Of a DNA stretch of 63,288 nucleotides, positions 1 through 7,828 are shown in pieces. Position numbers and translations under genes: made by a program. The notes below the pieces were generated by a model. That model worked only from the letters and a program-made list of their open reading frames with translations, did no database searches and was not told the DNA's origin. Every line of letters begins with the position of its first letter. Position 1 is the stretch's first letter. The DNA is from Patescibacteria group bacterium (GTDB lineage: Bacteria; Patescibacteriota; Patescibacteriia; 2-02-FULL-49-11). The stretch spans positions 1 through 63,288 of the forward strand of contig JBFLWV010000058.1 in assembly GCA_040757655.1 (NCBI GenBank). The letters are read 5' to 3'.

Positions 1-150
1 ATCCCTCTTGAGGACTTTTTCAACTGACATCATACGATTTTGTGTTGATTTTAATAATTGCTTTGTATTTTCAAGACCTTGCTATCCTTAATTTTATCAA
101 AATAACCTAATTCGCAACAGGTCTATTAATATCTTAATGGAAGGGAGGAA

Positions 151-192
151 GGGACATTATTTTCTCGGTCGAGAAAATAATTGTCCTTTTTA
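151..192 (+). terminator. 17-bp-stem hairpin followed by a T-run
   Basis: GGGACATTATTTTCTCG-gtc-GAGAAAATAATTGTCC TTTTTA. No obvious upstream plus-strand gene in the window. Confidence 0.5.
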
Positions 193-237
193 TTGTATGC
201 CATATCTTACCTTTTATTTCTTTAAATCTTATTATAC

Positions 238-551
238 TTGCCAAATCTCTCTCTCTGCTAAAGTGGGATAGTAAAAAGATGTTTGTCAAAAAAGTTCATG
301 AAAGGAGGTGATGAAAGATGGGATTCTGGTCTTGGATTTTAGGACAGGATAAGGAGGTAGAGCTTTTCTACCTCTTCAAAAGCAATCCGACTGTAAGTGG
401 GCCAGACCGGACACCTCACCAGCGCGAGCGGCCCGAGAATCTACCCAATGGTTATGTCATTGGGTCTAGGATGGTGTCGCCAAGAAAGGCGGAAAAGCTC
501 GTGGGAAGGTGACGGTGAAGGCGAGGGCTATCAACCCCCGCCTGATTTTTT
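238..551 (+). other. orphan plus-strand unit A: promoter-like region, extended SD, 64-codon ORF (318..512), intrinsic terminator
   Basis: AAAGGAGGTGAT (301-312) lies 9 nt before ATG 318. There are several 8-bp hairpins. Terminator AGGCGAGGG-n7-CCCCCGCCT plus a T6 run at 519-551. Coding versus ncRNA is unresolved. Confidence 0.35.
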
Positions 552-607
552 AAAGAAAACCAAAGAAGCACCAAAATTTGATGCTCCTTATGCTATCAGT
601 GTTTGAT

Positions 608-726
608 CTGCGACGCTACAACCGATTAACATTCTATAGCGTGGCAGCTGGTCTGCCACCACGGTGTCGGAGACGAGCCCCCGTAGGAGAGCAAAGCACC
701 CTACGGGGCAAGTCCGACGCTACAGG
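608..726. repeat. REP/BIME-like mosaic hairpin element, copy A
   Basis: CTGCGACGCTACA ... TGGCAG-ctggt-CTGCCA ... GTCGGA[CCCCGTAGG...CCTACGGGG]TCCGACGCTACAGG. Confidence 0.8.
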
Positions 727-741
727 CGGTTGGAGTATTTG

Positions 742-2253
742 TTATCCTAAGCTCCTTCTTAAAATCCCGCTGGCGGTGATGAGGAAGGTCGCCTTTTTAC
801 GATTACGGAGTAAGGGGAGGAGTCTCTTAGCGAGCTGATAGTGTTTTTTCTCCCTCGCGGTTTGGGGGCCGAGGATCACGCCGAAAATTTTCTCTATTTG
901 CACGATATCTTCCATTATTTTATTCCAATTACGGTTGTGCTGTGCCAATTTCTTCACGTTTTCCTTATTAAGATATTTTCCCGCCTCGATGAGATTGCTC
1001 TTTATATTCACGTAATATTTTTCAAGCAGTGAGCGTTCCTTATCAGTGAGTCGTTTAAGCGTCACTCCTGTGCCAATGAATTCCGGAGGAATCCCAAGCG
1101 AGTAAAATGCCGCGGTAAAGTTAATCGCGCGCGGGAGAGAGAGCGCGCCCATTCTGCGCTGATAGGCAAGGAAGCCGACATGCAGGCGGCGTTCGCGCCG
1201 CGCCGGTACTGCGCCAAATAGCGGCTCTACATCACGTATGACTCCTGCGAGAGTGGTTTGGTATGCGGTTTCAAACTTTTTGGCAAGTTTGTGGAGTTTT
1301 TGGATTTCGTTAGGAGGGATAACGCGTGCACGGGTAGCAGGAAGATGACGATTAAGATAGGCAATCGCCCTTTTCACCTGCAGCAGCGGGTAATCGTAGC
1401 GGAACGCAGATTGGATGGTGACGGTTTTCACGCCCGCATATTCTTTAATAAATTCTTTGCAGGATGCGGGAGAAAGCCCTCCACGGAATACGAGACTCCC
1501 CACACCAATGATGGGAAATACGGGAATGCCTGTCTCTTTGGTGAAGGAGCGCATTTCCGAGAGCGCGATTTTATTTGCGATCATCGTGGCGGGAAGGCCG
1601 GAGACGAGTGCGGGATCGGAGCGCGCGAGAAAGACGCGCAAAGAGCGGGGCCGCGCGCGGAAATACCGTGCGTGCATCCGCACATATTCCCGCAGTAGTT
1701 TTCCCACGCCGATTTGGTGTTCGATGCCCTCTAAAAGCGGAATGACCTGCAAGTGCTCATTGTTGCGGTAAGAGAAATGGTCGAACGCCTGCGATTTGAA
1801 ACGCGCGAGTTTCCGGAATGAGCGTTCGATGTAGATCAGCTGTTCCGCACGTTCGGTGAGCGGAAGGATAACTTCGAACAAGGGCGGGTAGTGGAATTTA
1901 AGATCCCGCGCAAAGTCCTCGCTGGTGAGGATGACAAGCAGCGCGCGCAGGAGCCCGTAGCCTTTTTCGTGCCAGATGTTGGGGAGGCGGAAGGTGAGGA
2001 AGACGTCCTTTCCGAGTTGTCGGCGTTTAAAAAAGTCGCGGTATCCGTAAAAAAATTTATCAATCACTGCCTCGTCTGCGTGTCTGCCTTCCCAGTCCCA
2101 CATGAATTCTTCCGCGCCAAGGTCGCGGAAGCTCGACATACTTTCTTCCACTTCTTCCAAAGAGCTCACAAACCCATCGCCGTCGCGTTCCCAATAGGGT
2201 GCGGCGGCATTGTCAGGATGCTGGGTGGCCATGGTGGAGGGGATTTTGCGCAT
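742..2253 (-). CDS. ppcA: archaeal-type phosphoenolpyruvate carboxylase (PEPcase_2 family)
   Basis: ORF 742..2382. MRKIPSTMATQHPDN is the hallmark N-terminus of archaeal-type PEPC. Start moved to the ATG at 2253 because the 43 upstream codons are an Arg/Pro-rich extension. Confidence 0.8.
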   Translation of the reverse strand: MRKIPSTMATQHPDNAAAPYWERDGDGFVSSLEEVEESMSSFRDLGAEEFMWDWEGRHADEAVIDKFFYGYRDFFKRRQLGKDVFLTFRLPNIWHEKGYGLLRALLVILTSEDFARDLKFHYPPLFEVILPLTERAEQLIYIERSFRKLARFKSQAFDHFSYRNNEHLQVIPLLEGIEHQIGVGKLLREYVRMHARYFRARPRSLRVFLARSDPALVSGLPATMIANKIALSEMRSFTKETGIPVFPIIGVGSLVFRGGLSPASCKEFIKEYAGVKTVTIQSAFRYDYPLLQVKRAIAYLNRHLPATRARVIPPNEIQKLHKLAKKFETAYQTTLAGVIRDVEPLFGAVPARRERRLHVGFLAYQRRMGALSLPRAINFTAAFYSLGIPPEFIGTGVTLKRLTDKERSLLEKYYVNIKSNLIEAGKYLNKENVKKLAQHNRNWNKIMEDIVQIEKIFGVILGPQTAREKKHYQLAKRLLPLLRNRKKATFLITASGILRRSLG

Positions 2254-2721
2254 ACAGAGTCGTTCGGGTTCGACATTGGCAAACACGCGTCCCCGCCTCC
2301 TGCGCGGCGGGGCGCTCCGCCTCGCCAGCCCGATCCGCCTTCGGCGGAACCATGCTCGGGCTAACTGCGGAGGGTTTGCCAAATTGCCGAACCCTCACTA
2401 AAGAGAAGTGTTTTTGAGAATATTAAGTTTTTAACTCATTGATAAACGTATGTGGTTTTAGTAGTTGTTAGTAGTTTTGTCAAAAGGTACCACTTACGGT
2501 ATAGTAACTATACCTTATTTTATTATTCTCGCATAATTCCGCGTTACTATCCGCGTTTATCTGCTTCTATTGAATATGTGATGTTACGCACGAGAATAAA
2601 TCTTAATTGGACGGAATCTTCTATTTGAGCCAAATTTTGATCTTACGCAAGCGGTATTGGCTGATTTGAAAAATGGCTTGTGTTAGCAACATTTGAATTT
2701 TTCTGCGTAACATCAGTGAAT

Positions 2722-3783
2722 ATGATAAAAATAATGATATTCATTGACGGCACATGGTTGTATTCAAATATCCCTTCTTTGCGAGAAACATACGGGCAGG
2801 AGGATTTCCATATTGATTTCGGCAAACTCCCCATCGTGCTCACGCGAGAGGTGAGCAGGCTCGCGGGAGCGGAAGAGGTTGATCTGGTGCGTACGCACCT
2901 TTTTGGCAGCTACGCGTCAAACTATGATTTGCGTGACGATGAAGCGGTGCAGCGCCGACGCGATTTTTTCCTCATGCTCAAGGAAGAGTACCATTATGAG
3001 CTAGAGCTCTACGCAATCAATTACATGGGTAGGCGTTTGCGGAAGGCGGATCGCGATCCCGAGGATGCGTTTGAAGCGAAAGAAAAGTGCGTGGACATTT
3101 CACTTGCTGCTACCATGCTTTATGCTGCCGCGCTTCCCCATGTGTATGACGTGGCGATTGTGGTGACCGGGGATGGCGATTTCGTGCCGGTGCTGCAGCG
3201 GGTGAGGCTTTTGGGCAAACGCGTGGCGATTGCGAGTATTAGGAGCAGTTGTGCCTCTGATCTTTCTGATCCGCACGACCCCAGTAGGGTGAAAGACTTC
3301 GATACGATCTGGATTGATGACTTATTGAAAGAATTGGAGCTCACGTTCGAGCCGCACCAGTTGAGATGCGAGTCACCCATCCATAAAGGGAAAAGGGAGG
3401 TTTGGACCACTTTTTATCCGCGGAAGGGGCAGCGGTTTTATTGCGACACCTGCCGCACGGAATTCTTGGAGCAGAAGCAAATGGCGCAGGAGGAATACGT
3501 GAGTGATAGGATTACCCAAGCAGAGGAAGATGAGCGGTTTGAGGAAGTGTATACCCCTCCTACCTTAACCGGAGAATTAAGGAAGAAAGTGCCTGAGCGT
3601 GGTTTTGGGTTTATTAAGGCAGGCGACGGGAATGACTACTTTTTCCATTTTACTGACTGTACGAATGGCACCCATTTCGAAGATTTGGAGGAAGGCGCAC
3701 TTCTTGATTTTGAAGTAAAAAAAGAGCCTTCCTTCGGTAAGGCAGGCGCGGCGCAAAATGTGCGGTCGCATCGTTCGGGGTAA
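2722..3783 (+). CDS. NYN/LabA-like (PIN-fold) domain protein with Cys-rich segment and C-terminal cold-shock domain
   Basis: MIFIDGTWLY...KCVDISLA...VVTGDGDFVPVLQRVRLLGKRV is the LabA/NYN pattern. C-terminal RGFGFIKAGDGNDYFFHF is a CSD RNP motif. ATG at 2722 chosen inside ORF 2680..3783. Confidence 0.7.
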   Translation: MIKIMIFIDGTWLYSNIPSLRETYGQEDFHIDFGKLPIVLTREVSRLAGAEEVDLVRTHLFGSYASNYDLRDDEAVQRRRDFFLMLKEEYHYELELYAINYMGRRLRKADRDPEDAFEAKEKCVDISLAATMLYAAALPHVYDVAIVVTGDGDFVPVLQRVRLLGKRVAIASIRSSCASDLSDPHDPSRVKDFDTIWIDDLLKELELTFEPHQLRCESPIHKGKREVWTTFYPRKGQRFYCDTCRTEFLEQKQMAQEEYVSDRITQAEEDERFEEVYTPPTLTGELRKKVPERGFGFIKAGDGNDYFFHFTDCTNGTHFEDLEEGALLDFEVKKEPSFGKAGAAQNVRSHRSG

Positions 3784-3938
3784 CACGATTTTCTTGTTGC
3801 GGAACTCGGCTCCGCCTTCGCTCCGCTTCGGCGAGACCATCCCGCTCAGCCACCATCCTAATCAACTCCAGCTGAGCGGGACTGCCTCAGACAATCCTCA
3901 CTGCGAAAATCGATTACCCCTCACTCATAAGAGTGACG

Positions 3939-4334
3939 TTACCGTGTGTAGCCCAAGCATTCTAATTCTTGTTCAATTTCGGTGGGAAGTGGAATTGCTT
4001 CCCTCACGGGGCTTTTACCCGGATAGCGCCACGCGGTAATGACGGTGCGTGTCCCTTTCTTATCTTGATACATCACCCAGATTTCCTGCATAGTCGCAGA
4101 TTTATGCAGATTAGACGCAGATTTACGCAGAGCGTGCTGTGTGTGTTTATATTTAGTGATTGATTGCATAGCTGCAATAGTGTTAGGCGCTATGCCCTTT
4201 TCTATGCGTGTGGGATATTTTATTACGCGTTTTATGCGGGATTCACTCAACCCATAGAAGCGCATTTTTTCCTTCACGTGCAGGGTCCATTTGAGGGTTG
4301 GTGGTTGGGGAAGGGGGTTGGTCTTTGTTTGCAT
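3939..4334 (-). CDS. hypothetical small protein (possibly DUF4258-like) with repeat-derived insert
   Basis: 131-aa ORF starting at ATG 4334. The internal HALRKSASNLHKSAT segment is encoded by the tandem CGCAGAT-type repeat at 4093-4134. Confidence 0.4.
   Translation of the reverse strand: MQTKTNPLPQPPTLKWTLHVKEKMRFYGLSESRIKRVIKYPTRIEKGIAPNTIAAMQSITKYKHTQHALRKSASNLHKSATMQEIWVMYQDKKGTRTVITAWRYPGKSPVREAIPLPTEIEQELECLGYTR
4093..4134 (-). repeat. in-frame CGCAGAT-type repeat in hypothetical CDS
   Basis: GTCGCAGATTTATGCAGATTAGACGCAGATTTACGCAGAGCG. Confidence 0.85.
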
Positions 4335-4432
4335 GGTTCAACGCGGATAGGACGTATAAGATGAAGAGGATGAATAGGTCTTAAGAGGGCGAAGAGGATG
4401 AATAGGTGGGTATGATGGATTGTTGGTTATCG

Positions 4433-5338
4433 TTACCATTTTCCTGATGCTCCTCCCCCACCTGATATACCGCCGCCGAATCCCCCAAATCCGCCGCCAC
4501 CTCCGCCAAATCCGCCTCCAAAGAATCCCCCGCCTGAACGCCACCACGTGGTGGGAAGGCCTTTCTTGGCGCGTGCTTGATAATTCCTGGAGAGAATAAA
4601 GTCCAAACCAAGGCCAAAAAGCCCTAATGCTATTGCACCAATAATCACCGAGCCCAACATTCCTCCGAGCACTCCGCCTCCCACAGCGCCGATGACACCT
4701 CCTGGCCACCAGCGTTTGCTGCGCGCAAGGAAGCTACCGAGATATATGATAAAGATAATGAGTAGGTAGACGATCTGACTGTTCAATTTTATGTTGTGCG
4801 ACGGTGTTTCCTCCACGAGCGTGGGTTCTCCTTTCAATTCTCCTAAAATAGCCTCCACTGCACTTTGAAGTCCTGCGCCGTATTGTTCCTTTTGAAATGC
4901 GGGTGCCATTATGTCGCGTATGATCCTACCTGCTTTCGCATCATTTATGACCGGTTCTAAGCCGTAGCCCACTTCAATGCGCACGGCGCGGTCTTCCTTT
5001 GCCACCAGGATAAGGAGGCCATTATCTTTTTCTTTTTGCCCAATGCCCCATTGCTCAAACAGCTTGACCGCATAGTCTTCGATCGGTTCTCCTTCTAATG
5101 AAGGGATAGTCACCACGGCGATTTCATCGCCTGTTTGTTGTTTGAAATCGGAAAGTGTCGCTTCAAGCGTTTGCTTCTCTTCAGAAGTAAGGAGTTGAGC
5201 CGCGTCGGTGACGAAACTTTGGGGGGAAGGATACGTAGCTGCTTGGATTACCGCAAAGGGTAACACAACAAGAGTCATCGCGAGAACGATGACTCGAGCA
5301 TTGTGCACGAGAAGCTTTTTTGCAGAGAAAATATTCAT
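4433..5338 (-). CDS. TPM-domain (YgcG-like) membrane protein with Gly-rich tail
   Basis: Signal/TM segment, then FVTDAAQLL...IAVVTIPSL...NGLLILVAKEDRAVRIEVGYGLE (TPM pattern), a TM segment and a GGGFGG tail. Paired with lemA. Confidence 0.75.
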   Translation of the reverse strand: MNIFSAKKLLVHNARVIVLAMTLVVLPFAVIQAATYPSPQSFVTDAAQLLTSEEKQTLEATLSDFKQQTGDEIAVVTIPSLEGEPIEDYAVKLFEQWGIGQKEKDNGLLILVAKEDRAVRIEVGYGLEPVINDAKAGRIIRDIMAPAFQKEQYGAGLQSAVEAILGELKGEPTLVEETPSHNIKLNSQIVYLLIIFIIYLGSFLARSKRWWPGGVIGAVGGGVLGGMLGSVIIGAIALGLFGLGLDFILSRNYQARAKKGLPTTWWRSGGGFFGGGFGGGGGGFGGFGGGISGGGGASGKW

Positions 5339-5390
5339 GCTATAACTCCTCCCGACCTCCTCTTATCATACGAGAAGGGGAAAAGTGGAG

Positions 5391-5951
5391 TTATTCGGTA
5401 AAATTCACCTGCGGCGCAGTTTCCGCGCCTGTGGTCGCTTCGAAATACGTCCGCGCATTAAATCCGAAGACCCGCGCAAAGAGATTGGTGGGGAAACGCA
5501 GGATCATGGTGTTGTAATCACGTACCTTTTCGTTAAAACGTCCACGCTCTACTGCCACACGGTTTTCGGTCCCAGCGAGCTCATCCATAAGCGCGGTAAC
5601 ATTTTCTGCAGAACGCAATTGCGGATAATTCTCCACCACCACCAAGAGCCGCGCAAGAGCGGATTCAACCTCTCCTGCAGCCTGGGCTTTTTGGTCTACC
5701 GTGGTTGCGCCTGCATAGCGGGAGCGCGCGTCCGCGAGTTTCCCGAACACCTCCTGTTCTTGTTCAAAGATGCCTTTTACCGATTCCACGAGATTTGGGA
5801 TAAGGTCAAAACGCCTCTGGTATTGGGTTTCCACCTGTGCCCATTGGCTATCAATAGCTTGGGATGCGGTCACGAGTCGGTTGTAGACGGAAACGCCTCC
5901 GGCGGTAAGAATAACGACGATGGCGAGGATGAGGATGGTTGATCGTTTCAT
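5391..5951 (-). CDS. lemA: LemA family protein
   Basis: N-terminal TM plus YNRLV...QWAQVETQYQRRFDLIPNLV...NYPQLRS...GTENRVAVERGRFN, the typical LemA signature. Confidence 0.85.
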   Translation of the reverse strand: MKRSTILILAIVVILTAGGVSVYNRLVTASQAIDSQWAQVETQYQRRFDLIPNLVESVKGIFEQEQEVFGKLADARSRYAGATTVDQKAQAAGEVESALARLLVVVENYPQLRSAENVTALMDELAGTENRVAVERGRFNEKVRDYNTMILRFPTNLFARVFGFNARTYFEATTGAETAPQVNFTE

Positions 5952-6025
5952 ATAAAAAATGGTTACATTGTTATACTAGTAGTGTTATCTGGCAGTGTGA
6001 TGCTGAGATATAATAACACATTTTA

Positions 6026-7810
6026 TTAAAATCCTACAAACTCGATTTCTGGTTCGAGGTGTATGCCAGTTTTTTTTACAATTTCCTCGCGGATGAAATT
6101 GATGAGTGAAAGCACATCCTCCGCTGTTGCTTGTACTGTCCCTGTTGATTGTAAAAAGTTACCGTGGAAGGAAGAGATTTGTGCGGTGCGGAGCGTGGTG
6201 CTAAGGCCAATGAACCGGTCAATGTTGGCGCCTGCGGAGATGGGTACATGGTGCGCTGCCGCATCTTGTGGGGGTATGTTTTTGAATGTACAGCCCGCGG
6301 TGCCCGCGGCGGTTTGCGTGGTATTTTTGTACCGCTGCCATGCATTAAAATATTCATTAAACTCTTGCCAGAGCAAATCATCTGCTTTGGGAAGCTGGAG
6401 GGTTACTTCCCACACTAACCAGTCTTTTTGATGCTGGAGTATGCTGCGGTCATAGCTGAACGCAAAGCGGTCATGCGGCCATATCTCGGTGATGCCGGTG
6501 CGGCGGTTGAATACTGTTACCTCTTTTACATAGCGGCCGAAGTTGTCGGAGCCGCCGTGGACGTTATTACGCAAGGCGCCGCCCACCCGCGCCGGGATAC
6601 CGAAGAATGATTCCAATCCGACCAGCTTTGCCTGGTGGGTTTTTAGCACAAGCTGTTGGAGAGACGTTCCCGCGCCTGCGCGTACTTCGACGAGCGGCAA
6701 GGTTGAGGGTGCGTTTGGTTTTTGCGGAGGTGTGGGACGGTTTTCGTTGCTGTGGCTCCATCGTGCCGCGTCCTTATCTGGAGTATTGCCTACATCCGCG
6801 AGCAAAGGCTGCTCCTTACTCTTAACTCCAATCGTTATATCATTATTGGCAAGTTGCAGCACGACGCCTCTCCATCCCTGATCTGAAAAAAGAATGTTGG
6901 ATCCGCCGCCAAGGATGAAGAGGGGGATATTGAGTTCGCGGCAGGCGGTGCAGATTGTTTGAATATCCTCAAGAGTTTTAGGAGTTACGAAATAGTCTGC
7001 AGGTCCTCCCAAACGGAAGGTGGTTTTAAGGCTTAAGGGAACAGCGCGAGCAAACCATTCTTTTGAGCCGAAACGGCGTACAAGCTCTTTCCCCGCTTCC
7101 GCTTGGTAGGATCCAAGAGGAGTGATATTGGTTCCTTCAAGGGAAGTGTTGCGGTAATGCGGGTCAGGGGAGATTTTTTTTGGGGCAATGCGCAAGAATT
7201 TTTTTATAGCAGCAATGAAGGAACGGCGTTGGGCGGGATTGCGGAGTACATGGAACGCGGTCGGTGCGACAGAAGTGAGGATAATGAGGAGAATAATAGG
7301 AATGAGATACCTATCCACGCCAGGTATGGTGTCACCCAGTAAATATCCCATATAAGAGATGCCCGCTGCCCAGAGCAGGGCGCCAACCACGTTATAGAAT
7401 AAAAATTGCCTGTACTGCATCCTGCCTACGCCCGCAAGGATCGGCGCAAAGGTGCGCACGATGGGCATGAAGCGCGCGAGGATGATGGTTTTGCCGCCAT
7501 GCCGTTCATAAAAACGCCGCGAGCGTTCTAGGTGGTCACGGTGGAACAGAAGTGAATCCTCGCGGGTAAAAATTTTTGGGCCTAATTTACGACCAAAGGT
7601 ATAGCCAACACTGTCACCGAATACCGCAGCCAGAAAGCAGAGCGGTACGAGGATGCGGATATCGAAAATATGCTGCGAAGCTAAAAAACCCGCGGTGAAG
7701 AGCAGGCTATCACCGGGGAAAAATGCGCCGATGAGCAAACCAGACTCGGAAAACACCACCGCAGCGAGACCGAGGTAACCAATGGATTCGATGAAATTTT
7801 GTAAATCCAT
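6026..7810 (-). CDS. murB: DedA-family membrane domain fused to UDP-N-acetylenolpyruvoylglucosamine reductase
   Basis: One uninterrupted ORF. The N-terminal ~200 aa are DedA/VTT-like (FPGDSLLFTAGFLA, RFMPIVRTFAPILAG). The C-terminal part is MurB (TTFRLGGPADYF, ILGGGSNILF, GCTFKNIP...SSFHGNFL). ATG at 7810 preferred over TTG at 7831. Confidence 0.8.
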   Translation of the reverse strand: MDLQNFIESIGYLGLAAVVFSESGLLIGAFFPGDSLLFTAGFLASQHIFDIRILVPLCFLAAVFGDSVGYTFGRKLGPKIFTREDSLLFHRDHLERSRRFYERHGGKTIILARFMPIVRTFAPILAGVGRMQYRQFLFYNVVGALLWAAGISYMGYLLGDTIPGVDRYLIPIILLIILTSVAPTAFHVLRNPAQRRSFIAAIKKFLRIAPKKISPDPHYRNTSLEGTNITPLGSYQAEAGKELVRRFGSKEWFARAVPLSLKTTFRLGGPADYFVTPKTLEDIQTICTACRELNIPLFILGGGSNILFSDQGWRGVVLQLANNDITIGVKSKEQPLLADVGNTPDKDAARWSHSNENRPTPPQKPNAPSTLPLVEVRAGAGTSLQQLVLKTHQAKLVGLESFFGIPARVGGALRNNVHGGSDNFGRYVKEVTVFNRRTGITEIWPHDRFAFSYDRSILQHQKDWLVWEVTLQLPKADDLLWQEFNEYFNAWQRYKNTTQTAAGTAGCTFKNIPPQDAAAHHVPISAGANIDRFIGLSTTLRTAQISSFHGNFLQSTGTVQATAEDVLSLINFIREEIVKKTGIHLEPEIEFVGF

Positions 7811-7828
7811 ATAGGATGAGTGGTAATT

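Noticed and set aside
1-33. Possible minus-strand gene start (ATGATG at 28-33) running off the left edge
   Set aside because: Only ~10 codons are visible and there is no SD, so it cannot be supported.
238-551. Units A and B as known housekeeping RNAs (RNase P, tmRNA, SRP/4.5S, 6S)
   Set aside because: None of the diagnostic motifs are visible: GAGGAAAGUCC and ACAGAACCCGGCUUA for RNase P, a tRNA-like 3' end plus ...ALAA tag frame for tmRNA, or GGAA-tetraloop/AGCAGC domain IV for SRP. This needs an Rfam scan to be definitive.
1258-2364. Long plus-strand ORFs (146, 118, 157 aa) overlapping ppcA
   Set aside because: These are antisense shadow ORFs inside a well-supported gene, with Arg/Gly/Pro-rich composition typical of GC-rich antisense frames. 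The same applies to 40667..41257 and 39966..40331 (antisense of ileS), 47338..48263 and 48774..49178 (antisense of the Clp gene), 12019..13503 (antisense of gatA) and 17872..18662 (antisense of the adhesin gene).
2254-2382. 43-codon N-terminal extension of the PEPC ORF
   Set aside because: It is Arg/Pro-rich with no similarity to PEPC N-termini. The canonical MRKIPSTMATQHPDN start follows at 2253.
4338-4709. ORFs 4338..4709 and 4381..4617 overlapping the 3' end of the TPM gene
   Set aside because: These are alternative frames of the Gly-rich (GGN)n tail region on the same strand. The TPM frame is the one with recognisable domain sequence.
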